From a bacterium (GTDB lineage Bacteria; Verrucomicrobiota; Verrucomicrobiia; Methylacidiphilales; Verrucolacustridaceae), in contig RFWS01000001.1 of NCBI GenBank assembly GCA_009921985.1, positions 1 through 36,420 on the forward strand: a stretch of DNA of 36,420 nucleotides. The letters are read 5' to 3'. Below, one piece after another: positions 1 to 10,181 of this stretch. The notes under the pieces are model-generated. The model was not told the origin of the DNA and did no database searches. It saw only the letters and a program-made list of their open reading frames with translations. How positions within the stretch are numbered: position 1 is the first letter of the stretch; each line of letters starts with the position of its first letter. The translations under genes were made by a program, and so were the position numbers.

Positions 1-617
1 ACCGATATGCATCTGGATCCCGCGCAGCCGGAGATAACGGTTTCCGGCAGCCCGGCGGTAGATGGCCGCAACTTCCTCAAACGGGATGCCGAATTTGTTG
101 GCATAGGTGCCGGTGGTGATCTTGGCATGGCCCCCGGCCGCGACGTCCGGGTTGACCCGCAGGGCCACGGGAGCCCAGCGGCCCTTCTTGCGTCCCGCCA
201 CCGCCGCGATGGCCTGAAGTTCCTCCTCACTTTCCACATGAAAAGCCTTCACCCCTGCGCGCAAACCGGCCTCAATTTCCTCTTCGGTCTTGCCCACGCC
301 GGCGAAGACACACTTGGCCGCGGTCCCGCCCGCCTTGCGGACCCGTTCTAACTCGCCGCCGCTGACCACATCGAAGCCGCTACCCGCCCGGGCCAACAAA
401 TTCAGGATGGCCAGATTGCTGTTCGCCTTGACGGAGTAGCAGATCAGGGGATTCAGCGCCCGCAACACCCCGCGCAGACGCCGGTAATGATCCAGGATCG
501 TCCCGGACGAATAGACGTAGAGGGGCGTGCCGTGGCGGTCGGCGAGCCCTTCCACGCTCACCCCCTCCACGTACAGCTTCCCACCCTTGAATAATGGAAA
601 TTCCCCCTTTCTTCCAT
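1..617 (-). CDS. lysA: Diaminopimelate decarboxylase, 5' part (runs off the window start; apparent 2-nt frameshift near the start)
   Basis: Not in the ORF track. Manual minus-strand translation gives FKGGKLYVEGVSVEGLADRHGTPLYVYS...ICYSVKANSNLAIL...GSGFDVVSGGEL...VFAGVGKT...LRVNPDV...HAKITTG...KFGI...IQMHIG, the fold-type III PLP decarboxylase motifs including the YSVKAN lysine. ATG at 617 (MEERGNFHY) is out of frame with the body; see findings. Confidence 0.92.
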
Positions 618-636
618 CTCCTATCTTCTATCTCCT
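609..636. repeat. Four degenerate 7-nt tandem units (ttcttcc atctcct atcttct atctcct)
   Basis: Read directly. Lies in the lysA/EVE divergent region, overlaps the lysA ATG and supplies AGGAG motifs on the minus strand. Confidence 0.7.
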
Positions 637-659
637 ACGGGGTTTGGTATTTTATCTCG

Positions 660-1067
660 ATGAGCTGTTGGCTCGTGAAACAAGAACCCTCCACCTACCC
701 CTTTTCGCTTTTTCTCAAGGAGAAGAAGGTCGTTTGGGACGGTGTCCGCAACTACCAAGCCCGAAATTTTCTTCGCCAGATGGCGAAAGGAGACCCCGTC
801 CTTTATTACCACAGTATCGACGAACGGGCCGTGGTGGGGACTGCCCGGGTGAGCCGAACGGCCTTCCCGGATCCCACCTCTCCCCGCGGCGAGGACTGGA
901 CCTCCGTGGAACTCTCCGCGGACCGCCCCCTCAAAACACCCGTGCCCCTGGACCAACTCAAATCCGATGCCGTCTTCCGCGATCTCTTGCTCCTTCGCCA
1001 GTCCCGGCTCTCCGTCATGCCGGTCCCGCCAAAAATGTTTCAGGCCATCCTCAAGCTCGGTCGTTGA
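660..1067 (+). CDS. EVE domain protein (PUA-like)
   Basis: MSCWLVKQEPSTY...WDGVRNYQARNFLRQMAKGDPVLYYHS...RQSRLSVMPV are EVE family motifs. Start placed at ATG 660, which has TGgTATTTT 6 nt upstream. Confidence 0.92.
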   Translation: MSCWLVKQEPSTYPFSLFLKEKKVVWDGVRNYQARNFLRQMAKGDPVLYYHSIDERAVVGTARVSRTAFPDPTSPRGEDWTSVELSADRPLKTPVPLDQLKSDAVFRDLLLLRQSRLSVMPVPPKMFQAILKLGR

Positions 1068-1068
1068 T

Positions 1069-2977
<1,909 letters not shown>

Positions 2978-3000
2978 TCACGGGAGGGAAAAAGAGCGGC

Positions 3001-3095
3001 TCTCTCCCTCCGGCGGCATGACCCGCTTCAGGTTCTTAGGGTCTCGGGACCATGGTTCCCAACTCTCAGCCCGGCCGTCCGGACTCCCCTGATCG
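3001..3095 (-). ncRNA. TPP (thi-box) riboswitch
   Basis: Minus strand reads AGGGGAGUCCGG-ACGG-CCGGGCUGAGA...GACCC-UAAGAACCUGAAGCGGGUCAUGCCGCCGGAGGGA, matching the GCUGAGA / ACCUGA / AGGGA consensus, about 50 nt upstream of thiC. Confidence 0.95.
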
Positions 3096-3099
3096 GAAA

Positions 3100-3127
3100 A
3101 TCATAAAATTTTGGCGGGCCAGGTCAA
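3100..3127 (-). promoter_or_regulatory. Sigma70-type promoter for riboswitch-thiC (TTGACC-N16-TATGAT)
   Basis: ggtcaa at 3122-3127 and atcata at 3100-3105 on the + strand; predicted start near 3093, immediately before the aptamer. Confidence 0.7.
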
Positions 3128-3136
3128 CTCCTTCGC

Positions 3137-3403
3137 CTACTGCTCCTCCAACACCGCGGTCGGGACATAACCCCGCCGCCGATCCATCGTCTCCACCTCC
3201 GCGTAGTCCCCAAACACCCGGCGCACGCTGACCCGGTCTCCTCGATGCAGGGTGGAGGTGGCCGGAGTCACCTGATTGGGGCCCGCCTCCTTGAGTGGCA
3301 CATCCGTTCGGATCATCGCCATCGAGGCATCCCGGTTCCCCGTGCCCGCACATCCAACCAGGAAAAGCACGCCTGCTCCCAGTAACCCCAAAACAAATTT
3401 CAT
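3137..3403 (-). CDS. Small lipoprotein with bacterial SH3-like domain
   Basis: Signal peptide with lipobox (MKFVLGLLGAGVLFLVG-C) followed by LHRGDRVSV...YAEVET...RRGYVP, typical of SH3b domains. Confidence 0.75.
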   Translation of the reverse strand: MKFVLGLLGAGVLFLVGCAGTGNRDASMAMIRTDVPLKEAGPNQVTPATSTLHRGDRVSVRRVFGDYAEVETMDRRRGYVPTAVLEEQ

Positions 3404-3409
3404 CTCAGC

Positions 3410-3438
3410 AGGATATTCCGCCGCACGGATGAACTCAA
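3410..3438 (-). promoter_or_regulatory. Promoter TTGAGT-N17-TATCCT, 6 nt before the ATG (leaderless-type)
   Basis: actcaa 3433-3438, aggata 3410-3415, ATG at 3403. Confidence 0.55.
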
Positions 3439-3486
3439 CCTCCTAACTTTCTTCAAGCTCAACTTCAACGTAAACTTATCCACGAA

Positions 3487-4149
3487 GTGATCGGTCGCCT
3501 CATCCTCGATGGAACATCCTCCGCCTTTGAAAATATGGCGATCGACGAATCGTTGCTCCGCCAAGCCCGGATGCCGGTTCTCCGAATCTACGGATGGGAG
3601 GAAGCCTGTGTTTCCATCGGCTACTTCCAAAAAACCTCGGTGGTCCCGCCCTCCACCCCCTTCGTTCGCCGCTACACCGGCGGAGGTCTCGTGGAACACG
3701 GCCGGGATCTGACCTACACGCTGGTCCTTCCGCCGGACCATCCTCTCAACCTGGCAGGAACGCTTCCCTCCTACCGCTCCATCCACACCGCGGTGTCAGC
3801 CGCCCTGCGGGCCGCCGGGGTCGACTGCCAGTTGGCCACCGCCCAGCCGGAAAAAGACCATGCCTCCTGCTTTCTTAAGCCGGTACCCGCGGATGTTTTG
3901 GATCCGAAGGGAGGAAAAAAACTGGCCGGAGCCGCCCAACGCCGCACGAGGCAGGGTTGCCTCCACCAGGGGAGCATTCTTCTCCCCGGGCCCATCCCGA
4001 TGAATTTGCCGAAACTTTTAACCGAACATCTTGCCCAAGAACTGCGGTTGGAATGGGTGGCCGGACTCCGAACCGATGATGAAAAGGATCTGGCACGAAG
4101 ACTCGTCCAGGAACGGTACTCCACCCGGGATTGGAACTTCTCCCGCTGA
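3487..4149 (+). CDS. Lipoate-protein ligase / octanoyltransferase family protein (BPL/LplA/LipB fold, LipM-like)
   Basis: ENMAIDESLL, LRIYGW...SIGYFQ, VRRYTGGGLVEH, KKLAGAAQRR, LHQGSIL. Catalytic domain only (220 aa). Confidence 0.88.
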   Translation: MIGRLILDGTSSAFENMAIDESLLRQARMPVLRIYGWEEACVSIGYFQKTSVVPPSTPFVRRYTGGGLVEHGRDLTYTLVLPPDHPLNLAGTLPSYRSIHTAVSAALRAAGVDCQLATAQPEKDHASCFLKPVPADVLDPKGGKKLAGAAQRRTRQGCLHQGSILLPGPIPMNLPKLLTEHLAQELRLEWVAGLRTDDEKDLARRLVQERYSTRDWNFSR

Positions 4150-4173
4150 TGTTTCCTTACCTTGCTCTAATTT

Positions 4174-4233
4174 CTCAGCTTTCGAATCCCGATCTCCCGT
4201 AAACGCAAACCTTCACGTCAACGAAAAGCTGAG
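4174..4233. repeat. Inverted repeat (ctcagctttcg / cgaaaagctgag) enclosing hexamer-periodic repeats, between convergent genes
   Basis: 9-bp perfect stem ctcagcttt/aaagctgag; the loop contains cgtaaa-cgcaaa-ccttca-cgtcaa. Confidence 0.6.
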
Positions 4234-4244
4234 GACGATAACAT

Positions 4245-4898
4245 TTAAGCCGCAGGCTTCTTCTTCCCCGCCCCCCAAATCATCAAGGCAATCACGAAAA
4301 GAACGAGCCCGATCAGGATCAGGCTACCTTTCTGGACCCAGGCTTCCGCCGCTTTTTGGGCCGCCAGAGATCGGGAAAAGCGCTCCCCCGCCACCGCACT
4401 CAGCCAGATCCATAGGGGCGTATAGACCATCGCTCCGAGGGCGTTGAGACCGAGAAATCTGGAAATCGGCATCCGGTGCCGGCCAGCGAAGAAAAAAACC
4501 CCGAAACGAACCGCCGGGATGAATCGCCCCAAGAATACCGTCTTGGCACCGTGCTTCTCATAAAGGTGCTCGATCCGGCGTTGCCTCTTTTCCGAAAAAA
4601 CCAACGACCCTAGCCTGGTCTGAAGGAACCATTTTCCTCCCCGCCTGCCCAAAAAATACACCCAGAGATCCCCCGCGAGAATCCCCGCAAGACAGGCCGC
4701 CACGGAGAGATGGTACTGGGAGGTGCCCCAACCCACCGAAAGACCACTCGCCACCAAGAGAGGTTCTTCAGGAAGGGGAACTCCCATGGCCGAAATGAAA
4801 AGGATCCCGAACATGGCCAGATAACGGTACTGGCTGATGGCTTGAATCAGAAAATTTAGGTCCATATCAGCGATGCCCTGAAGGGGATTGGTTTGCAT
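4245..4898 (-). CDS. DedA family membrane protein
   Basis: GVPLPEEPLLVASG, GDLWVYFLGR, HGAKTVFLGRFIPAVR, RFLGLNALGA. Start is ATG 4898 or ATG 4865. Confidence 0.9.
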   Translation of the reverse strand: MQTNPLQGIADMDLNFLIQAISQYRYLAMFGILFISAMGVPLPEEPLLVASGLSVGWGTSQYHLSVAACLAGILAGDLWVYFLGRRGGKWFLQTRLGSLVFSEKRQRRIEHLYEKHGAKTVFLGRFIPAVRFGVFFFAGRHRMPISRFLGLNALGAMVYTPLWIWLSAVAGERFSRSLAAQKAAEAWVQKGSLILIGLVLFVIALMIWGAGKKKPAA

Positions 4899-4941
4899 TG
4901 TCCGCACCCCTTTTTCCACTAGAAAAACTTCCTTTTCCCCT

Positions 4942-6084
4942 ATGTATCTCAATATCGGTCTAACTTCCCGGGCCCTCTTTCACTCTTATTTGGGCCAGCC
5001 GTTCCGGGCCCGCCGGTGGTTGGTTACCACTTTTTTCCTACTGCTCCTTTCGGTTTTTTGGGTTGTGGTTGCCACCGGCCGGGCCCTGGATCATGTCTTT
5101 TTCCCTGCCTTCCGGCGCCAGGAAATTCGCCGACCCGTCTTCATTATCGCCCCGCCGCGCAGCGGCACCACCTTCCTCCAAAAAATGTTGGCCCAGAACC
5201 GGGAGGTCTTCGCCCCGGTGCTGATGTATCAGACCATCTTTCCCAGCATCACCATCCAAAAGATCATCCTCGGAATCGCGAGTCTTGGCCGGCACCGGGA
5301 CAGCTTTCTGGGGCTTTTGATTACCTGGTTTGAAAGGCGCTTTTTCGGCGGTTGGGACAACATGCACAAAATGCGCCTCGCGCAACCGGAAGAGGACGAT
5401 GGCTTTTTCGTCTACACCTTCGTCACCGAGGCCATTTATCTCCTCTTTCCCTACGTTCGCCTGCTTTGGGGAGCCGGCTTTGCCGACGACCTGCCGGAGC
5501 CGCAGCGCCGCCGGTTGATGCGCTACTACCGCTCCTGTCTGCAGCGCCACCTCTATCTCCACGGCAAAAACAAAACCCTCCTTTCCAAGGCCACCCAACT
5601 CTCGGGGTCGATTCACTGTCTTCGCCAGGAGTTTCCCGACGCCCGCATCATCAACATCCTCCGGAATCCGGCGGAATCGATTGCCTCCCACGTCAGCGTT
5701 TTTTTTCCGGTTTGGAAATGGGTCAATCCGGCCCAGCAAAAGAAGAGCCAAGAGTCCCTGGAATACGCGGAGCTTGCCGCCGCCTGGTTCCGGCATCTCG
5801 AGGAAAAAGACGGCCGGGCCGATGGCTCACGCTATTTGCGGATTCTTTACCGCGATCTGGTTTCCCGGACCTCCGAAACGGTCCGCTCCATCTACAAGCA
5901 TTTCCGGATTCCCCTCAGCCCCAAGGCCTCCACCCAAATCACCCGGGCCGCCAAAAAGTCCCTGGAGTACAAAAGCACTCATCGTTATTCCCTGCGTGAA
6001 TTCGGGCTTTCCGCCGATTGGCTCCGCCATGAACTCGGCCCGATGATGAAAAAACACCGCTTTACCCTCACCCCCCGTCGTTGA
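4942..6084 (+). CDS. PAPS-dependent sulfotransferase family protein
   Basis: 5'-PSB loop PVFIIAPPRSGTTFLQKML, PEEDD, LLSK, and 3'-PB motif FPDARIINILRNPAESIAS; one N-terminal hydrophobic helix. Start moved to ATG 4942. Confidence 0.85.
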   Translation: MYLNIGLTSRALFHSYLGQPFRARRWLVTTFFLLLLSVFWVVVATGRALDHVFFPAFRRQEIRRPVFIIAPPRSGTTFLQKMLAQNREVFAPVLMYQTIFPSITIQKIILGIASLGRHRDSFLGLLITWFERRFFGGWDNMHKMRLAQPEEDDGFFVYTFVTEAIYLLFPYVRLLWGAGFADDLPEPQRRRLMRYYRSCLQRHLYLHGKNKTLLSKATQLSGSIHCLRQEFPDARIINILRNPAESIASHVSVFFPVWKWVNPAQQKKSQESLEYAELAAAWFRHLEEKDGRADGSRYLRILYRDLVSRTSETVRSIYKHFRIPLSPKASTQITRAAKKSLEYKSTHRYSLREFGLSADWLRHELGPMMKKHRFTLTPRR

Positions 6085-6140
6085 ATCTTTTCACCCTCAT
6101 CATTAGACGGAGCGGCCTAAGCTTTTAAGATTGTCCGGCT

Positions 6141-7781
6141 CTACGCCGTCCTTGGATCAAACCTCTGCGCAATCGGCATTCTTCTTCCCACCCCAAACGC
6201 TTTCGTCGTGATCTTGATTCCCGGTGCCGCCTGCCGCCGCTTGTATTCCGATAAGTCGATCTTCCGGACGATCTCCTGGGCCGTCTTTTTCGAAATTCCC
6301 TTTTTGGCCATGGCGCGAATCGATCCATCGTTCACCACGTAACTTTCCAGGATCCGGTCCAACTCCTCGTAGGGAGGCAGGCTGTCCTGGTCGGTCTGGT
6401 TGGGGCGCAACTCCGCACTCGGGGCCTTCTCGATGGACGACTTCGGAATAATTTCCCTCTCGCGGTTCACCCAGCGGGCCACCCGGTACACCATTGTTTT
6501 CGGCACGTCGGCAATCACCGCCAGCGCCCCGCACATGTCCCCGTACAGGGTGCAGTAGCCGACCGCGAGTTCACTCTTGTTTCCGGTAGTCAGCAAAAGT
6601 CGCCCCGTGTCGTTGGAAATCGCCATCAGGATTACCCCCCGGAGACGCGACTGCAGGTTCTCCTCCGTCAACCCGCCCTTCTTCCCGCCGCGCGCCGGCG
6701 CGATCGAGGCCAGCATCGCCTGAAACGATTCCTCGATCGGAAGCTTTAGGTAACGGATCTTCAACCGCTTCGCCAAGGCCTCGGCATCCTTCACGCTACC
6801 CTCGCTGGAAAAGCGGCTTGGCATGGCGACGCCCAGCACCTTATCGGGCCCCAACGCCTCGGCCGCGACCACCGCTGTCAACGCACTGTCGATCCCGCCA
6901 CTCAGCCCCAGCACCACTTCCCCGAACCCGCATTTTTTCAGGTAGTCCCGCGTGCCAAGCACCAGTGCCCGGAAAACCGACTCCTCCCGTGAAGCCCAAT
7001 CCGGCTGGCTTTCCCCCCCTGCGAGATCCACCACCCAGGACTGCTCGCCAAACGATGCTCCCTGGCCCAACAAACCTCCCTTTTTACCCACCGCCAGACT
7101 TTGCCCGTCGAACACAAGTTCATCATTTCCCCCCACCGCATTCACCTGCACCACCGGCATTTTGGACCGGATCGCGACTTCCCGCAGAAGCCGGTATCGG
7201 GTCTTTTCCTTGTCAATGCTCCAGGGAGATGCCGAAAGATTCACCAGGAGATTGATTCCCTTTTTCGTGAGCTCCCGCACCGGATCCCGCCGGTAACGCC
7301 GCACCGGCCAAACATCCTCGTCGTTCCAAATGTCCTCACAGATCGTGACTCCCACCCGTGTCTTCCCGATCCGGATCGCCTCGGAATCTCCGCCAGGCTC
7401 GAAATAACGATCCTCATCGAAGACATCATAGGTCGGCAGAAGTGCCTTCCTCGCCACCACCCGGAGCTTTTTCTGTTGGAGCAAAAACGCCGCGTTGTGG
7501 AGGGGTCGCCCGTCTTTCCCCCGGAATTTTTCAATGCCGCCCATCAAAAGCGGAACGCTCCCGATTTTGGCAGCCAAGCCCTTCAGCGCCCGGTCATGTG
7601 CCTCAAGAAAATCCGCCCGGTTCAATAGATCACGGGGCGGATACCCGCACAGACCGAGTTCCGGGGCCAACACCAGATCCGCCCCCTCCCTCACGACCTT
7701 CTCGTAACTCTTGAGAATTTTGACGGAATTCCCCACAAAATCCCCCACGGTAAGATTCACCTGAAGAATTCCTATCTTCAT
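6141..7781 (-). CDS. nadE: Glutamine-dependent NAD+ synthetase
   Basis: Nitrilase-like domain (APEL, KALLPTYDVFDEDRYF, ICEDIW) plus synthetase domain (GLSGGIDSA, ENLQSRLRG, TTGNKSE, PSAELRPNQTDQDSLPPY, SEYKRRQA). Confidence 0.97.
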   Translation of the reverse strand: MKIGILQVNLTVGDFVGNSVKILKSYEKVVREGADLVLAPELGLCGYPPRDLLNRADFLEAHDRALKGLAAKIGSVPLLMGGIEKFRGKDGRPLHNAAFLLQQKKLRVVARKALLPTYDVFDEDRYFEPGGDSEAIRIGKTRVGVTICEDIWNDEDVWPVRRYRRDPVRELTKKGINLLVNLSASPWSIDKEKTRYRLLREVAIRSKMPVVQVNAVGGNDELVFDGQSLAVGKKGGLLGQGASFGEQSWVVDLAGGESQPDWASREESVFRALVLGTRDYLKKCGFGEVVLGLSGGIDSALTAVVAAEALGPDKVLGVAMPSRFSSEGSVKDAEALAKRLKIRYLKLPIEESFQAMLASIAPARGGKKGGLTEENLQSRLRGVILMAISNDTGRLLLTTGNKSELAVGYCTLYGDMCGALAVIADVPKTMVYRVARWVNREREIIPKSSIEKAPSAELRPNQTDQDSLPPYEELDRILESYVVNDGSIRAMAKKGISKKTAQEIVRKIDLSEYKRRQAAPGIKITTKAFGVGRRMPIAQRFDPRTA

Positions 7782-7833
7782 AAGTACCTATTTTTTATGA
7801 TTTTACATGAAAAACTTGGGCGGCCGGGTTCCG

Positions 7834-7861
7834 TTGACATATCCATCAGGATTTGTAGCCT
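7834..7861 (+). promoter_or_regulatory. Promoter for hpnH (TTGACA-N16-TAGCCT)
   Basis: Perfect -35 hexamer at 7834-7839, -10-like hexamer at 7856-7861, ATG at 7875. Confidence 0.55.
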
Positions 7862-7874
7862 TTCGGCTTCCCAT

Positions 7875-8833
7875 ATGCCAGTTCCCATCAGCCAAGCTTG
7901 GACGGTTGCCTCGTATGTTCTCGGGCAAAAATTGCGCGGAAACAAACGCTACCCCCTCGTGCTCATGCTCGAGCCCCTCTTCCGCTGTAACCTCGCCTGT
8001 GCCGGTTGCGGAAAAATCCAGTATCCCGACCACGTTCTCAGCAAGCGCCTGACCCCGGAGCAGTGCTGGTCTGCGGCCGACGAATGCGGCGCCCCCATGG
8101 TTTCCATCCCTGGCGGCGAACCCCTGATTCATCCGGAGATCGACAAGATCGTCGAAGGCCTTGTCGCCCGGAAAAAATATGTTTACCTCTGCACCAACGC
8201 CCTTCTTCTCAAACGCAAACTCGATCTCTTCAAGCCCACCAAGTTTCTTACCTTCAGCGTCCACATGGACGGCTTGGAGCCGGAGCACGATGCCGCCGTC
8301 TGCCGCGACGGCACCTACAAGATCGCGGTGGAAGCCATCCGGGAGGCCGTGCAACGCGGCTTCCGCGTTACCACCAACACCACCCTCTTCGAGGGCACCG
8401 ATCCCTCCCGGGTCCGTCTCTTTTTCGACGAGATGATGAAACTCGGCGTTGAGGGCATGATGCTCTCCCCAAGAAGCTCTTCAGCCAGATCCTCGCCAAT
8501 CGCAAGCGCTCCTGGAAATTCAATCTCTCCCCCAATTTCCTCGAGTTCCTCCAAGGCAACGTCGATTACGAATGCACGCCTTGGGGCAATCCCACCTATA
8601 ACATTTTCGGCTGGCAGAAGCCCTGCTACCTGCTTCAGGACGGCTACGTCCCCACCTTCAAGCAACTCATCGAAGAAACCGTCTGGGAAAATTACGGCCA
8701 CCGTAGCGGGAATGAAAAGTGCCGGGATTGCATGGTCCATTGTGGCTACGAAGCCAGTTCCGTGGACGATACCTTTGGCTCCGTGCCTGGCTTCGCCCGC
8801 ACCGTCAAGGCCGCCATGGCCTACGGCACGTAA
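7875..8833 (+). pseudogene. hpnH: Adenosylhopane-forming radical SAM protein HpnH, frameshifted as assembled
   Basis: RYPLVLMLEPLFRCNLACAGCGKIQYP (CX3CX2C), SIPGGEPLIH, VYLCTNALL to 8470. It resumes in another frame at 8471 with KKLFSQ...YECTPWGNPTYNIFGWQKPCYLL...KCRDCMVHCGYE...YGT, stop 8831-8833. Confidence 0.92.
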
Positions 8834-8851
8834 ACCCGGTTCCCCCCCGCC

Positions 8852-9250
8852 ATGCCCCAGGCCGACAAACACGCCCTGCCCACGCACAAGCCCGGCTCCA
8901 TCGAGGGCACCACTCTCGAATGCGGCGATGCCGCCTCTCGCCGCCACGCACTCCAGACCGCTTTTGATTACCGCGGGGACGTGACGCTGGATCTTCAGGA
9001 CGGCTCCCATCTTTTGGGCTTCGTCTACCTCTACAATGAGCCGGGGGATGAGGTGCAACTCTTCGTCCCACAGGGCAAGGACTCCGTGCCGCAGACCGTT
9101 CCGGCTAGCCGCGTCCGCCAGGTCCGCTTCACCGGCGAGGACCCCGCTTTCGGAAAGTCCTGGGATGATTGGACAACCAAGGCCGAAAAAGAGCGCCAAA
9201 AGGAAATGGATCGCCTCGCCCGCGAGGCGGCCGACCGCGGTCACCTCTGA
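8852..9250 (+). CDS. Hypothetical protein, possible Sm/LSm-like fold, co-oriented 18 nt after hpnH
   Basis: 132-aa ORF with typical codon usage; AFDYRGDVTLDLQDGSHLLGFVY resembles an Sm1 motif; C-terminal GKSWDDW helix. Confidence 0.75.
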   Translation: MPQADKHALPTHKPGSIEGTTLECGDAASRRHALQTAFDYRGDVTLDLQDGSHLLGFVYLYNEPGDEVQLFVPQGKDSVPQTVPASRVRQVRFTGEDPAFGKSWDDWTTKAEKERQKEMDRLAREAADRGHL

Positions 9251-9262
9251 CCGCTTCCGCCC

Positions 9263-9430
9263 GTGCGCCGGGCCATCGAATGGACCGAAAAAACCCCGAA
9301 GATCCTGCCTGCCGCCGCCTGGACTTCCCTCTTGGAGGAAATGGAAAAGCGTTACCACCGACGCCGCGCCCGCCACGAAGACCTTCTTCTCGTCCGCTCT
9401 GCCGCCGCCCAAGCCCCCAAACTTCCCTAG
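9263..9430 (+). CDS. Putative small protein (55 aa)
   Basis: GTG..TAG ORF below the track cut-off: VRRAIEWTEKTPKILPAAAWTSLLEEMEKRYHRRRARHEDLLLVRSAAAQAPKLP. C-ending codon bias like its neighbours; in frame with the upstream ORF. Confidence 0.45.
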   Translation: MRRAIEWTEKTPKILPAAAWTSLLEEMEKRYHRRRARHEDLLLVRSAAAQAPKLP

Positions 9431-9510
9431 CTCAATTTTAGCCCCTCAGCCCGAGGCCTCCTACCTCCACCCTACCGAATCCAAATCCTTGCCTTAATCG
9501 AACAGCCTCC

Positions 9511-9539
9511 TTGCCCTTTCCCATTTTTTACCATAGACT
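9511..9539 (+). promoter_or_regulatory. Promoter for rplU-rpmA (TTGCCC-N17-TAGACT)
   Basis: Hexamers at 9511-9516 and 9534-9539; ATG at 9549 with no Shine-Dalgarno. Confidence 0.6.
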
Positions 9540-9548
9540 TTAAAACTT

Positions 9549-9872
9549 ATGCCGACTCTTGCCGTAATCCGTACAGGTGGAAAACAGTACAAGGTTCGCG
9601 AAGGCGATACCCTTGAGGTGGAACGCCTTGCGGGAGAACCCGGATCCTCCACGGAAATCTCCGACGTCCTTCTTCTCGCCCAAGACTCCAAGGTGCAGGT
9701 CGGCAAACCTGTGGTCTCCGGCGCCAAAGTCGTGGCCGAGGTTCTTGCCCAGGATCGCGCCCCCAAGGTCATTGCTTACAAATACCGCCGCCGGGAAGGC
9801 TATCATCGCAAGGTCGGGCACCGTCAGTCCCGTACCCGCATCAAAATCAAGGCCATCCAGGGTGGCCGTTAA
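9549..9872 (+). CDS. rplU: 50S ribosomal protein L21
   Basis: AVIRTGGKQYKVREGD...KYRRREGYHRKVGHRQ. Confidence 0.98.
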   Translation: MPTLAVIRTGGKQYKVREGDTLEVERLAGEPGSSTEISDVLLLAQDSKVQVGKPVVSGAKVVAEVLAQDRAPKVIAYKYRRREGYHRKVGHRQSRTRIKIKAIQGGR

Positions 9873-9887
9873 CCGGGGAGCTTAGCC

Positions 9888-10148
9888 ATGGCACATAAAA
9901 AAGGTCAGGGATCGACACGCAACGGTCGCGACAGCCACAGCCAGCGTCTTGGGGTGAAGCGGTACGGTGGACAACTCGTCCTCGCCGGTTCCATCCTCAT
10001 TCGGCAACGCGGCACCAAGTTCCACGCCGGCAACAATGTCGGCATGGGGCGCGATCACACCCTCTTCGCTCTTTCCGACGGCCATGTCCGCTTTGACCGC
10101 GGTAACCGGCGCATTCACATCGATCCCTCGCCCGCCGCGGCGGCCTAA
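9888..10148 (+). CDS. rpmA: 50S ribosomal protein L27
   Basis: [16 protein letters not shown]...[24 protein letters not shown]; GGGGAG ribosome-binding site upstream. Confidence 0.98.
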   Translation: MAHKKGQGSTRNGRDSHSQRLGVKRYGGQLVLAGSILIRQRGTKFHAGNNVGMGRDHTLFALSDGHVRFDRGNRRIHIDPSPAAAA

Positions 10149-10181
10149 CCCCGGCAACGCGCGGGACTGGCCGCGCCTCCC

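Noticed and set aside
7-351. Plus-strand 114-aa ORF
   Set aside because: Antisense shadow of lysA, which the track missed because it runs off the window edge.
660-1067. EVE protein as part of a modified-DNA defence system
   Set aside because: Stand-alone EVE domain among housekeeping genes, with no nuclease, toxin or methylase neighbour.
7797-8984. 395-aa ORF as a radical SAM protein with a novel Ser/Pro-rich C-terminus
   Set aside because: The tail after 8470 is out-of-frame translation of the real hpnH C-terminus and overlaps the 8852 gene.
9248-9300. Selenocysteine or alternative-code readthrough of TGA
   Set aside because: No convincing SECIS-like hairpin, no redox motif context, and TGA is a normal stop in many genes here.
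10159-10176. Hairpin gcgcgg/ccgcgc after rpmA as an intrinsic terminator
   Set aside because: No U tract, and it ends 5 nt before the uvrA start; function unsupported.
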